Positions 24,936 to 37,088 are shown, counted from the stretch's first letter. The stretch: DNA of 64,000 bases from Eledone cirrhosa (GCA_964016885.1 OZ024740.1:72416001-72480000), one strand, 5' to 3'. The notes: generated from the letters alone by a model not told the origin. Numbers and translations are program-made.

Positions 24936-27524
24936 AGTGTTAACATATATATAATACTGATAGCATCAAAAAGCTAATTAGAAAGCAATTGCGTTAAGCA
25001 ACGTTCCCTGTAGAGTGCGTGGCCACAAGCATTAAATGTTTTGCTTCAGTTGTTGGGAAAATTAGACGATGAATAAAAAACAAAAAAAAACATAATTAGC
25101 CTGATAAAATCATTAGAGCGTTCGATTACATTCCATGCAGCATATAGTTACGGTCCTTTATGTTCTAAATTCGATAAAATAAGGTAATGGATTCATTAAT
25201 TAATAGTTACGTCCCTTTACGATCTGAGTTTAAATGCCGCCGAGGTTAACTTGCCTTTCATCCTTACGGGGTCGATAAAATAAAGTACCAGTAATGTACT
25301 GATTAATTGCTGACCTTGTGCCGATAAAATAACACACTGGGGTAAATTTAATCGACTTTCACTCCCCTTCAATTGCTGTCCTTGTGTTAAAAGTAGAAGC
25401 AATTATTATTGTTTATATCTTTTTATTACAAACATTACATAATTTAATTAAAATTTGTTGAATAAAAACAAATTTTAAGTGCGGGAGACAACTCTGGATA
25501 TGATGTGGATTGTGTATGACTTCATCGGCGAAGTATACAGACTTGTTGGGGGTAATTATTGGATAAGCATCAAATAAATGTACAAGATAAGGCATAACAA
25601 CAGTCTAGTGTCCCCCACCCCATCACATGTCTTTATTTCCTCTTAACTTTCTTAATGTATATTTTTTAAATGAAATTTTATGAGATACGTTTTCAAAGAT
25701 GTAGTTTATGATTATATTGATGATTAAAAAAAAATGTTTAATACTTCCATTATCACATATTTTCATTTCGGTTTGTGTGAATTTATTCATAAAACCTTCC
25801 AATTTCATGTTGATAATTAATAACATCAATCAATTAATAATATGCAGTTAGGAAAAGTTAATTTATTCATTTCAACAAATGCAGGAGTCATTTTGGCATG
25901 TTTCGGTCTTATTATGACCTCATCAACAAAGTTTAACTTTCTTTTCCTCGAAAGAATTATTTCTAGTTAGCTTTTTAATGTTCCATGCATTAAATATATC
26001 AACCCGTTTGTTACCATGTTTCTAATTAAAGACACTGTCTATAATTTTCAAATAACTTTGAAAATAATCAAGGATTTTGAAAGATTTAGTGATATAACTA
26101 ATTTTTCTGGTATTTGAAGCATAACAAAAGTTTTTACATAGAAACGTGATGGAATATTGTAAACCCGTAACTCCTGATGGAGTCGTAGGGGCGCCGTAGT
26201 CATATACATCGTGTCTTGGGCACTTTAAACCTGGCGGAGCCCATCCCCTCTCCAGGTCAGGAAGGTTCTTAAATATATATAAAACACTTTAAATTAAACA
26301 GCGTTGTATCACAAAACCAGGTGTAGTTTGGTAAGAAAAAGGTTAAGTTTGAACTTTGAAAAAGAATGCTGTAAATACATTTACTCTGTTTAGAAATTGA
26401 CTTAGCTATCCATCCCGCCATGAGTCATATGTAATTAGCGGAGGTGATCAGGATCGGATTAAAGCATTTTAGGGCTGTGGGCATTAAAACAGCTAGGGTC
26501 CCTAGACTAGATGACATTTGGGGCTCCCAACACCTGCTCACTAGAAACTTAAAATATGCTGAAATTCCAACATCATCTATGCCGACCTCTAAAACAGAGG
26601 TGACACATAGAATAAAAAGAATGTATTTAATAACAATTAGAACACTGGAAATTTTAACGAAAAGACCGTATTTCATAGCTATAATTTAATGTATATATAT
26701 ATTTCAATATATATATTGAAAGCGGGACGGAGCATCCTGGAGTATGAAACTCTGGACTACAGTCCCTGTTTATCGCTAAATATGATACTAGTGGTGGATC
26801 CCCTAATGCATTTGGTTGTTAGAAATTCCGTATATCTAAGCTAAGTCTACCCAGCAGAGCCAGATATTCTCTCGGTTATTTGTGAATTTACATTCAGTCC
26901 TATACCTTAATCAAACACTCATCAATTACACAGTGCTCACACTGTTTATAACATTAATCCTTACCTAGCCATCGGGTCTTTCGAAAGATAAGTATATTTG
27001 AAGTCGGTATAAAACAGCTCCAGCTATGTGATGCGAACAGTTGACCCTTCTGGTGATAATCTGAAATCCTGTTGGCCTGGCTAGCCACGACTTTCTACGT
27101 AAAAGGAAAAAATCACCATCGGCATTTTTCCTTGTTTTTAATCTCGAAACGAAAGAGAAAAATAACTCGATTGTTTATTTTAAAAGGAAAGAAAAACAAA
27201 ACGAGAGTAGCGTCCCTTTGTTCACTTTTATTTCTTAGCAATATATTTATATGTTTGTTTATACAATTACAATGTACGAATCGTTTTAGCTTCAGGAAGA
27301 TAGTTATATCTCCAATATTATTATACTTTCTTTTGCACACATGTTTCAAAACATCTTTAAAATCTCTAAACAGATTTGTTTTTTCTTAATCATATGTTCA
27401 ACGATGTCACATAGCGTTCATTATTAATTTTGAAATTATATGTTTACAAATGATTTACAAAAGGAACAAACCGATAAAATTGAGTCAGAAAGGAGTGGAA
27501 AGAAGGAGTAAATGGTTGAGTATC

Positions 27525-27700
27525 CCACAGACACGTGTACCTCTATAGTAATTCCACAGGCACGTGTACCGCTAACGTAGTTCTACAGACACGTGTACTC
27601 CTAACGTAATTCCACAGACACGTGGACTCTTAACGTAATTACACAGACACGTACTCTTAACGTAATTTCATAACACGTGTACCCTAACATAATTTCCAAG
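27525..27700. repeat. Tandem repeat, about 30-bp unit
   Basis: TCCACAGACACGTGTACYCTAACGTAAT about 6 times. Confidence 0.85.
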
Positions 27701-27739
27701 CTGAATCAACATAGCATAGTGTGTGATAAAGCTTCTTCT

Positions 27740-29270
27740 TAGTCCCACTTCCAGCTCGGCTGCGCATGTCAATCCTGTCCATGCAGATTATGACCAGGAG
27801 AGGTGACAGTACGCATTCATGGCGGAGTCAGAACCCCACACTGAATGGTTTCCATTTAGCACCTTTTATCTGAACACAAATACTAGGAAATTCGTATAAA
27901 GACATCAGGACAACAAGAAGTTACCAACGATTTCATACTCCTGCAGAGCTTTCCACAACAGGTCCCGATGAAAGCGGTCATATGCCTTTTCGAAGTCTAC
28001 AAAACAAGAATATACCTCTTGGAAATATTCCTATGATTTTTCAAAGACTGTGTGTGAATATTTAGTCGGTTGTGCTACGTCCGGGGCGAAAACCACACTG
28101 TTCGTCAGCTACCTTGAACTCGACAATCTCCTTGTGTACTTCTGAAGATGCTGTTGTGACCGGGTTTAGGAGATCAGCAATAGAGAACACTTGACGCGTT
28201 TCTATAGCAGGTGTGGAGGAGGACTTATTACGAAGTCGGCGGATTGTCAGCCAGAACACTTTATTTGTTGCTCTGAAGTCGGATTCCAGCTTAACCCCAA
28301 AGTTGTCCCATGTCTTCATATTGGACGCCTATACTGTCTCAGCTGCACCTTTTCGCGCCTGCCTGTACCGCAAGTAAGCTTCCTTCTTTTCTTTGATGGC
28401 ACTTTGACTACTTGATTGAATCAAGGGATCTTCCTGCCACACCAACCCACTTTCGCCCGCAGCATTTAAAAGCCCAAGCAGAAACTTGAGCCAAACAGTA
28501 TTCACTCTGTTTCAACATTTTCAATTTCCTCAGGGAGTTCTCTGAATTTGGATTCAATAGTATCCACAAACCTTTTCCTGACTTTCTTATCTGCCAACGC
28601 TTACCACTTTATCATGTAGGTTGTGCTGAACCTGCCAGTTTTGTAAGCTGTCTTGGATTTAGGTTGTCTCAGATAATTTGGGTGTTCAGCCCCTCTCTTA
28701 ACACGAACATCCAGCACAGAATCGAAGGGATCAAAGACAATAACAAAATTAATTATAATTGATCACTAATTATTTCCCCTTATACCATGTATATTTATGG
28801 ATGTCTTTGTGCTGGAAGGTGTTCATAATAAAGAGTCTATTACCAGAATTACTAGAACTCTTAGCTCTTAGTCTGACTTGTTCCGTCGGGAACATAAGTC
28901 AATTAATCGACTCCAATGCTGTCGGTCGGCAGCAGTTCGTTGACATCCGTACCAGGTGATGTTGACGGTTTGTAAGTCACCTTGGAATGTCTGCCGCTAG
29001 GTCATCTTCCGTCGTACTCTTTTCCACTTGCCTTCAGAAACTGCAGCCAGCTGGCTTGAGTCGCTTCCCACCTTCATAACCTTGGTCTTTAGGGTGTTGA
29101 CTCGAAACCTGAGCTTCTCGTACAAAAGTCTAATAAAGCCTGTCAATTCGTATTTATATCGGGATCGCCTTTCCTTCCAATCACTCCTTTCCACGTCAGG
29201 AGCTTCCACAGTTTCCGTCTATCCAAATTTCATTCGCAAGACTTGAGGCTATGGTAAACACACTCATGCC
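27740..29270 (-). mobile_element. Degenerate RTE-clade LINE (endonuclease-RT remnants)
   Basis: WDNFGVKLESDFRATNKVFWLTIRRLR, EQCGFRPGRSTTD, FVDFEKAYDR, and SVLDVRVKRGAE (APE C-terminus); many deletions and frameshifts. Confidence 0.8.
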
Positions 29271-30434
29271 ATTACTGCGAGTGATAGCGAAGCTAAGACG
29301 CTCGAATAGCCAAGGACCATTCACGAGCATTTTTTTGTTTTAAATCTTGTTTTAGAAGCATATGTTTATATCGAAGCCACTATCTTGTTATGAATTGATT
29401 GTTTTATACATTCTAAATCTTTAGTACAATCAATAACGTCATTGATTATGGAGACACAACCTTTTAGCTGATAAATTTTACTGTTAACGAGTCAGCAAGG
29501 CTGGTTTGTCAGCCATCATAGAAATATCACCAAAATCTTATTATTATTACACCCAACTAAGGGCGGTGGATTGGCAGAGTCGGTAGAGCGTCGGACAATA
29601 TGCTTTGCGGTATAGAGTTACGGCCCTTTACGCTCTGAGTTCAAATCCTGCCGAGGTTAGCTCTGCCTTTCATCCTCACGGGGTTGATAAAATAAAGCAT
29701 CCGTAACGTACTGGGGCGATTTAACCGACCCCCCCCCCAAATGTTGGCATTGTGCCTAAATCAGAAACCATTATTACAACCCCCGCCGAGGTTGACTTTG
29801 CCTTTCATCCTTACGGGGTCGATAAAATAAAGTACCAGTAATGCACTGGGTAATTGCTGGCCTTGTGCCTAAAGTAGAAACAATTATTACACCCAACTGT
29901 CTGAAGAATAAAGGAATTCTAAATATACTATGTTTAAAAAAAGAAAATATAATTATAGAGACGTGGGGGTCACAGCTGGAACGTCTCGGATACTAAATCT
30001 ACTTGATTTTAACCGACGTTGTATTGAACATCAAGAACTTTTCTGTAATAATTATATATTAATATCAGCGCTGTAACTGGCGCTAAGAATGCTTTTGTTT
30101 ATCATTGATGCAAAGCCTGTATATATATATTTATCTTCAATCAATGTCTCAGGGTTCTTTACTCCCTTTGTGGTGATGCTGTCAGTGTGTTTTAACTAAA
30201 TCATACGTCAGCAGAGCTTTGAGGGAAAAACACAAATAATCCACCCGTGGCATACACAATGGAAACTGTATAAGTAATTATTATTCATGTAATTTTTGTT
30301 CATGTAATAGCTAACTGATGAGGTCGTAACTGTTACAGTTGCAATCGAAATACGTATAACAGAGAATGTGTAATCAATAAAATGGTGTAAATTCTAAACT
30401 ACTGGCTTCTACTTCATTGTTTAATACACACACA

Positions 30435-30619
30435 CAATGGTCGGTTGAAAAGTCCATAGGCTGACCAAGATTCTCTCATGCAATGTCCAAATGAGGTTTA
30501 ATTTCCAACATAGTCCCTGGAAAGAAATAATGCAGTTATTAATAAGAAAAGTTGAAAGATTTCACAGCTTTAGCATTACTCTTTCATAGTCAGTCTGTGA
30601 ACATTTCAGCCGACCCTCG
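30435..30619. mobile_element. Mariner-derived MITE
   Basis: TIRs GGTCGGTTGAAAAGTCCATAGGCTGAC / GTCAGTCTGTGAACATTTCAGCCGACCCTCG. Confidence 0.7.
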
Positions 30620-30855
30620 TGTATATATATAGTATATATCGAGGTTGTATTACTGAGGCAACATGCCTCTGGTCACTTTATTCCTGGTGTCACAATTCCT
30701 TAACTTCTTGCGTTCACTCTGAGTAGAAATGTATCAATTACTCACTCATTGAGTGCTTCGTGACTGACTCTGATAATTCGATTGTTCATCTGCTATAGTG
30801 CAGCTGCAACTTCTGTTGCACTCATTGTCATATATATATATATATATATATATAT

Positions 30856-32966
30856 TGGGATAAAGACAGTCTCCCCACCATCGACCCAATAGAGGGACCA
30901 GCAGTGCTAGTTGAAGGTAGTATAATAAGTAAGGCAATCAAAGATATGAAGACGGGTAAGGCGGCTGGGCCTTCGGAAATAGTTGCTGAAATGCTGAAAG
31001 CATCTGGAATGGTGGGACATACTATGGTCACCCGGATAGTAAACCAAGTCATACAGAATGGGGTCGTTCCGAAGGACTGGCGCAGCAGCATCATCATTAA
31101 CTGCTACAAGGGTAAAGGTGATGCCCTAGATAGGGGAAACTATAGAGGCATTAAATTAATTGACCAGGTCATGAAGGTCACAGAAAAAGTAATAGCGCAA
31201 CTAATCAGAGAGCGAATTGATCTAGACGAAATGCAGTTCGGGTTTGTGTCAGGTAAAAGTACAACATACGCTCTTTTCATTGTACGACAACTACAGGAGA
31301 AGTACCTAGCTAAAAGTAAACCCCTATACTTAGCTTTTGTTGACTTGGAGAAAGCCTTTGACAGAGTACCCCGCTCGATTATCTGGTGGGCCCTTAGAAA
31401 ACTAGGTGTTGATGAATGGCTTGTGAGAGCTATACAAGCCATGTATAAAGAAACAGCCAGCAAGGTTAGAATTAACAACGAATATAGTGAAGAGTTTAGC
31501 GTAAAAGTTGGTGTTCATCAGGGCTACGTCCTTATCCCCCTACTATTTATTATTGCCCTTCAGGCTATAACAGAGGAGTTCAAGACCGGCTGCCCATGGG
31601 AACTCCTATACGCAGATGATCTAACGCTCATAGCTGAATCAATGGCTGAACTAGAGAAGAAATTCCAAACATGGAAGCATGGCCTAGAATCAAAAGGCCT
31701 TAAAGTTAACTTGTCTAAGACTAAAGTTCTAGTTTGTAGGAAGGAAAATAGGGCACCGGTCCCATCTGGGAAATGGCCATGCTCAGTGTGTAGGAAAGGA
31801 GTAGGTAGAAACTCCATTTTATGTCCCAAATGCGAAGTATGGGTACATAAAAGATGTAGTGGGATCACAGGTAAGCTAACTAAGAATATAGATTTTATAT
31901 GTGGCCGGTGCTCTGGTGCAATAAGTAGCAGCAAGTGCCCACAGAATACTAGCTCATTCCATTGCACAGATGGTTCTATAGAAATAGTGGACAGCTTCCG
32001 TTACCTGGGTGATAAAATCAGCAGTGGGGGAGGGTGCTCTGAAAGTACAGTAGCTAGGGTCAGAACGGGATGGGAAAAGTTCAGAGAGCTTATACCACTA
32101 TTGGCCGCTAAAGGGTTCTCTCTAAAAATGAAGGGCAGGCTGTATGATGCCTGCATACGAACAGCAATGTTACATGGCAGTGAGACCTGGGCATTGTGTG
32201 CAGAGGATATACGCAGACTGGAGAGAAACGAAGCTTGCATGCTCCGCTGGATGTGTAATAGTAACATACGTGAACGGCAAAGCATAAACGTACTAAGGGA
32301 GAAATTAGAAATAAGAGGGATCAGATGATGTTTACTTGAGAGAAGACTACGTTGGTATGGTCACGTGATGCGCATGAAAGACGACAGCTGTATAAAAAAG
32401 TGCAAGGCAATAAAAACAGACGGTAGCCACGGAGTAGGCAGACCCAGAAAAACCTGGGACGACTTGATAAATTCCGACCTCACACACTTACACCTCTCCA
32501 AGGCAATGTCACTGGACCGAGAGCTTTGGCGCTACACAGTAATAGAGAAGACCCGCCTTACCTAAGTACAAAGTGAAACCTACTACAGTCAGTAGGCACC
32601 TAACAAAATACACCCGTCCCACTACCCCCACCCCATCCACACCACCCCTTCAATGTAAAGTTATGTTGGTGTCACAACATCCAGCCCGAAACAAATGAGG
32701 TCGTGTAGGTGTTACGACAAAAAAACACTCAGTCCACGCTGTAATGTGGCCGTGTAGGCAACACGGTAAAAACCTCCCAGTTCCACACTGTAAATGTGGT
32801 TGATGTTAGGAAGGGCATCCAGCCGTAGAAAACCCGCCAGACAGTCCTATGCGAGCAAGACAACCACTCTTGCCTCAAGTGGGAAAACCCCCGTCCAAAC
32901 CCATGCAAGCGTGGAATATGGACGTTAAATGATGATGATGATAATGATGATGATGATGATGATGAT
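30856..32966 (+). mobile_element. 5'-truncated RTE LINE, copy 1 (RT plus PHD-like finger), in (TA)n
   Basis: ORF 30904-32328 with QFGF..GKSTT, FVDLEKAFDRV, GVHQG, YADD and CxxC..CxxC..WxH..C..CxxC. A premature TGA at 32326 (TGT in copy 2) precedes the true stop at 32565; (GAT)n tail. Confidence 0.95.
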
Positions 32967-33320
32967 ATATATATATATATACACAGATAAATCCACCAAT
33001 TAATGGTAGGGTCTAAACCGTATGAAGAACTCAATGTAATCCGTATGTAGATGTCGTGAAGCAAAGTTTAAAATACAAAATGTTCAACAATATAATTCAT
33101 TGGATACAGAGTCAAAAATAGAAATATTAAAATAATGAAATTAAAAAAAAAACGGTTAATTCATAGTAAAACTCATTATTTTACGATCATTTCTGGGGGC
33201 TAGTTCCCCGTATGTCCATTCTATTATTGATAGTGTAAAATATATTACAAAATATCATAGTAAGAAAATATACATACGTCTTCATTACCCGCCGTCTTCA
33301 GAAATAATATATATATATAT

Positions 33321-33672
33321 GGAGGCACATGGTTTAGTGGTTAGAGCATTGGTCTTGCAATCGAAAGGTTGTGAGTTCAATTCCCAGACCGGGCGATGTG
33401 TTGTTTCCTTGAGCAAGACACTTTATTTCACATTGCTCCAGTTTACTCAGCTGTAGATATGAGATGATAGGGACTGGGGTCCCTATCATTCCACTGCAAA
33501 GTGGTCGTGGAGGTGCCATGACAAAAAAAGCACCCAGTATTCACTGTAAATGAGGTTGGTGTTAGGAAGGGCACCCAGCTGTAGAAATCAAGCCAGAATC
33601 AGTTCCCGTCCCACCCTTGCAAGCAGGGAAAAGTGGACATAAAATGATGATGATGATGATGATGATGATGAT
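33321..33672 (+). mobile_element. tRNA-derived CORE-type SINE with RTE-derived 3' tail
   Basis: A box TGGTTTAGTGG, B box GAGTTCAATTCCC, CORE-like CCTTGAGCAAGACACTT, tail GTTAGGAAGGGCA..CAGCTGTAGAAA..GGAC.TAAA(ATG)n shared with the RTE 3' UTR. Confidence 0.88.
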
Positions 33673-34164
33673 AGTTGAAAGACACTCACTTGTTCTCCCC
33701 TGTTCCTATATTGTTGTGGTGTCTCAAAAGCATCTTTCGGCGGCTTGTTCTAAGCCGTCATGCAACCTGGATTCAATTTTATGCAATACCCCCTTATGCA
33801 CGAAATTGCGTTGCTCGGGGGATGGCTGATGAGGAAAATAGATGCTTTTGTTCATTCGTCCCACGTATTTTTTTTTTTTTTGTGACTTTGTTACACACGG
33901 ATGCGTGCGCGCATATATATAAACACACATGTATATGTATATATATAAACATAGTTGTATGTGTGTTTGTATACGTACATGTCTGTGTTGATCAACTTAG
34001 TATTGAATAATGAATACATGCTTGGGTGCTAAACAGAGGAAATCAAGCAGATATATACAGTAAGTACACTTGACAAAAAAAGAAAAGTCACCTTATGTTG
34101 TTATGTCAACGTTTCTTGTTTAAAATGTAAACACACTAACACATTCACACATATGTATGTATGC

Positions 34165-34219
<55 letters not shown>

Positions 34220-34254
34220 TATTGAAGTTTGCTTGAAGCATTGTGGAATAATAA

Positions 34255-35299
34255 GTAAATATCTTTAAGTCGTTTGGAAGCCTCGACAATGCAAATGGGT
34301 AAATCTCCGGGTAACAAGATCCGGTGGTGGAGAGAGAGATGTAAGTGGGTGTACGTTGAGATGCGTGGTGTGTATGAGATGTGTAGAAGAATGAAGGAAT
34401 GAGTATAAAGGATAAAATATAAATAACAACACCAGAGAGAGTTACCTTGGGAGAGATTTAATAGTCCCTATATATTTCGGATTCACATCCATCAACTGGG
34501 GGTTTTTCCGGGGTGGGGGAAAGGTTGTCTGTCGGACAGGTGCGAAACGCGTCCTCCGCTGTTTGTTGTTTTGAATATCTGAGGTATTCGGCAGAGCGCG
34601 CGTGCGCGTGAAATGGGGTCGGTCGGGCAGAGGTCAGCGGCCGAATGTGGGAGTGGGGTGGCGCTAGCTGTCAGTCCATTCTCTGCCTGTTTGTTAAATG
34701 TTACTGTGTGTGTGTGTGCGTGTGTTGTTGTCTCGCTTGAGTGTGTGTGTGTGTGCGTGTGTTGTTGCCTTGTTCCTCTGTATTGGCAGTGTAGTATGTT
34801 CGTATGGTGGAATGCTACTGTGTGTGTGTGTGTAGTTGTCTCGTTTGTGTGTGTGTGTGTGCGTGTGTTGCTGCATCGTTTGTTAGCTTAAACCAGCCAT
34901 CTCATTTCGCTTCTCTCTGACCTCTGCCCGACCGACCCCATTTCACGCGCACGCGCGCTCTGCCGAATACCTCAGATATTCAAAACAACAAACAGCGGAG
35001 GACGCGTTTCGCACCTGTCCGACAGACAACCTTTCCCCCACCCCGGAAAAACCCCCAGTTGATGGATGTGAATCCGAAATATATAGGGACTATTAAATCT
35101 CTCCCAAGGTAACTCTCTCTGGTGTTGTTATTTATATTTTATCCTTTATACTCATTCCTTCATTCTTCTACACATCTCATACACACCACGCATCTCAACG
35201 TACACCCACTTACATCTCTCTCTCCACCACCGGATCTTGTTACCCGGAGATTTACCCATTTGCATTGTCGAGGCTTCCAAACGACTTAAAGATATTTAC
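34255..35299. repeat. Perfect inverted repeat: 383-bp arms (34255-34637, 34917-35299), 279-bp spacer
   Basis: Arms read as exact reverse complements by eye; (TA)n on both sides. Confidence 0.97.
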
Positions 35300-35494
35300 A
35301 TATATATATATGATGCACATACACACACACACACACATACTCACACATATGTGTGTGTAAAAACTAAACAGAAATATCAAAGCAAACAACACAGTACAAT
35401 GAAGAAATATAATAGTTTAATACTTGAAATAATGTTTTCCCATTCCTTCTTCTCACTCTCTATCTTTCTATTTCATCTTTAATTTCTCATTCTC

Positions 35495-35530
35495 TCTTCT
35501 GATGAAGGAGTAGTGTCTGAAACGTTAAGA
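35495..35530 (+). ncRNA. Minimal hammerhead-ribozyme-like motif (Penelope-type)
   Basis: TCTT-CTGATGA-AGG agtagtg TCT-GAAA-CG-T-T-AAGA: core intact, 4-bp helix I, 3-bp helix II, palindromic AACGTT in place of helix III. Confidence 0.55.
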
Positions 35531-35604
35531 CTCTTTTCGTAGTGTTAAACTAATATATTTCTTCATTGTACTTTGTCGTTTGCTTTGTTATTTCTGTTTA
35601 CTTT

Positions 35605-35708
<104 letters not shown>

Positions 35709-35780
35709 TTGGGGATAAGTAATCTTGTCAATTACGTGAGTGATTAAAAATGAAATTATTGATAATGGACATTAATAATA

Positions 35781-35971
35781 ATTGTTTCTACTTTTGGCAC
35801 AAGGCCAGAAATTATCCCAGTGCATTACTGGTACTTTATTTTATTGACCCCGTCAGGATGAAAGGTAAAGTTAACCTTGGCGGGATTTGATCTCAGATTA
35901 TAAAGGGCCGTATGTCTATGCTGCAACACATGGCATCCAACGCTCTACCGATTCTGCCAATCCATCGTCCT
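35781..35971 (-). mobile_element. Full-length Meta-like SINE with 15-bp TSD
   Basis: TGGACATTAATAATA at 35766-35780 and 35972-35986. Confidence 0.88.
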
Positions 35972-36211
35972 TGGACATTAATAATAATAATGATTATTTC
36001 TAACTTGTCTCTACCTGTTTTGTTATGTTCCAATGTACACTGGAATGAATGGTATCAACCTTAACTGAAACTATAGTGATTTCCAGAGGTTGACTGAAGT
36101 GATGGGACTATCCATCTTTCCATTGTTTTTTCCAGTGTCTTTATCCTATTTTGAATATATATATAAATACATATATTTATGTGTCTGCGTATATATATAT
36201 AGATATATATA

Positions 36212-37086
36212 CGAGGTGTGTCAGAAAAGTTCCAGGACTGATGTCACAAAAAATTTATTTCAAACCCAAACTTCACACTAAGAGTTTTCTCCTTCAAAGT
36301 AATCCCCCTGGAGTCTAATGCACTTTTCTATCATTTTCTGCCACTCCTGGAAGGATTCTTCCGGGATTCTCCGCAGTTCCATCGTCACAGCTTTTTTGAT
36401 GTCGTCCACGTCTTCAAAACGGGTCCCCTCTGGGTCGTACTCAAAGATCCATGACTCATCACCGGTGATGACTGTCTCTAGCAAGTCTGGTTCGGTTTCA
36501 AGACGTTTGAGGATGTCCTGGCACACTTGCATGCGTCGACCCTTCTGGTCATCGTTCAGCAGTTTTGGCACCATCTTCGCGCAGACTTTCCGCATGTCCA
36601 AATCTTCAGTGAGAATCTTCCAGACGCTGTCCCGATTCATGCCCAGCTCATTTACCATCAGTCGAACAGTCAGCTGACGATCACTACGCACCATCTGCCT
36701 GACGCGCTCAACATTGACCTCAGTCCTGGTTGTTGAGGGTCTTCCGCTCCTGGGGTCATCTTGCACCACTCAAAAAACACATGAGCGTAACATCGTCTCA
36801 TCTCCATACACTTGCTGCAGCAATCCCAGTGCTTCTGGCGGAGTTTTCCCCAACCGTACCAGAAACTTCAAGTTTGTTCATTGCTCTGTGCTCATGGCTT
36901 GACGACCTGAAACAGAGGACATGTATATAAAATTATGAAGGAAAAAGTTTGATCACTGCAGAGAGCTAAGATTACAGTTACATACTCCAGGGGGATTACT
37001 TTGAAGGAGAAAATTCTTAGTGTGTTGTTTGGGTTTGAAATAAATCTTTTGTGACATCAGTCCTGGAACTTTTCTGACACACCTTG
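36212..37086 (-). mobile_element. Internally deleted mariner transposon (TA TSD, about 103-bp inverted ends)
   Basis: TA|CGAGGTGTGTCAGAAAAGTTCC...GGAACTTTTCTGACACACCTTG|TA. Transposase remnants MSTEQ*TNLKFLVRLGKT, DDPRSGRPST, CAKMVPKLL, ITGDESW, GDYFEG; most of the catalytic domain is deleted. Confidence 0.95.
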
Positions 37087-37088
37087 TA

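Noticed and set aside
33321-33395. tRNA gene-like A and B boxes (also 40007, 61790 and others)
   Set aside because: These are SINE heads that continue into CORE and tail sequence; no clean cloverleaf or terminator.
34120-35482. Two ORFs sharing the N-terminus MLPGDLPICIVEASKRLKDIY
   Set aside because: Consequence of the inverted repeat; TTG starts running into microsatellite.
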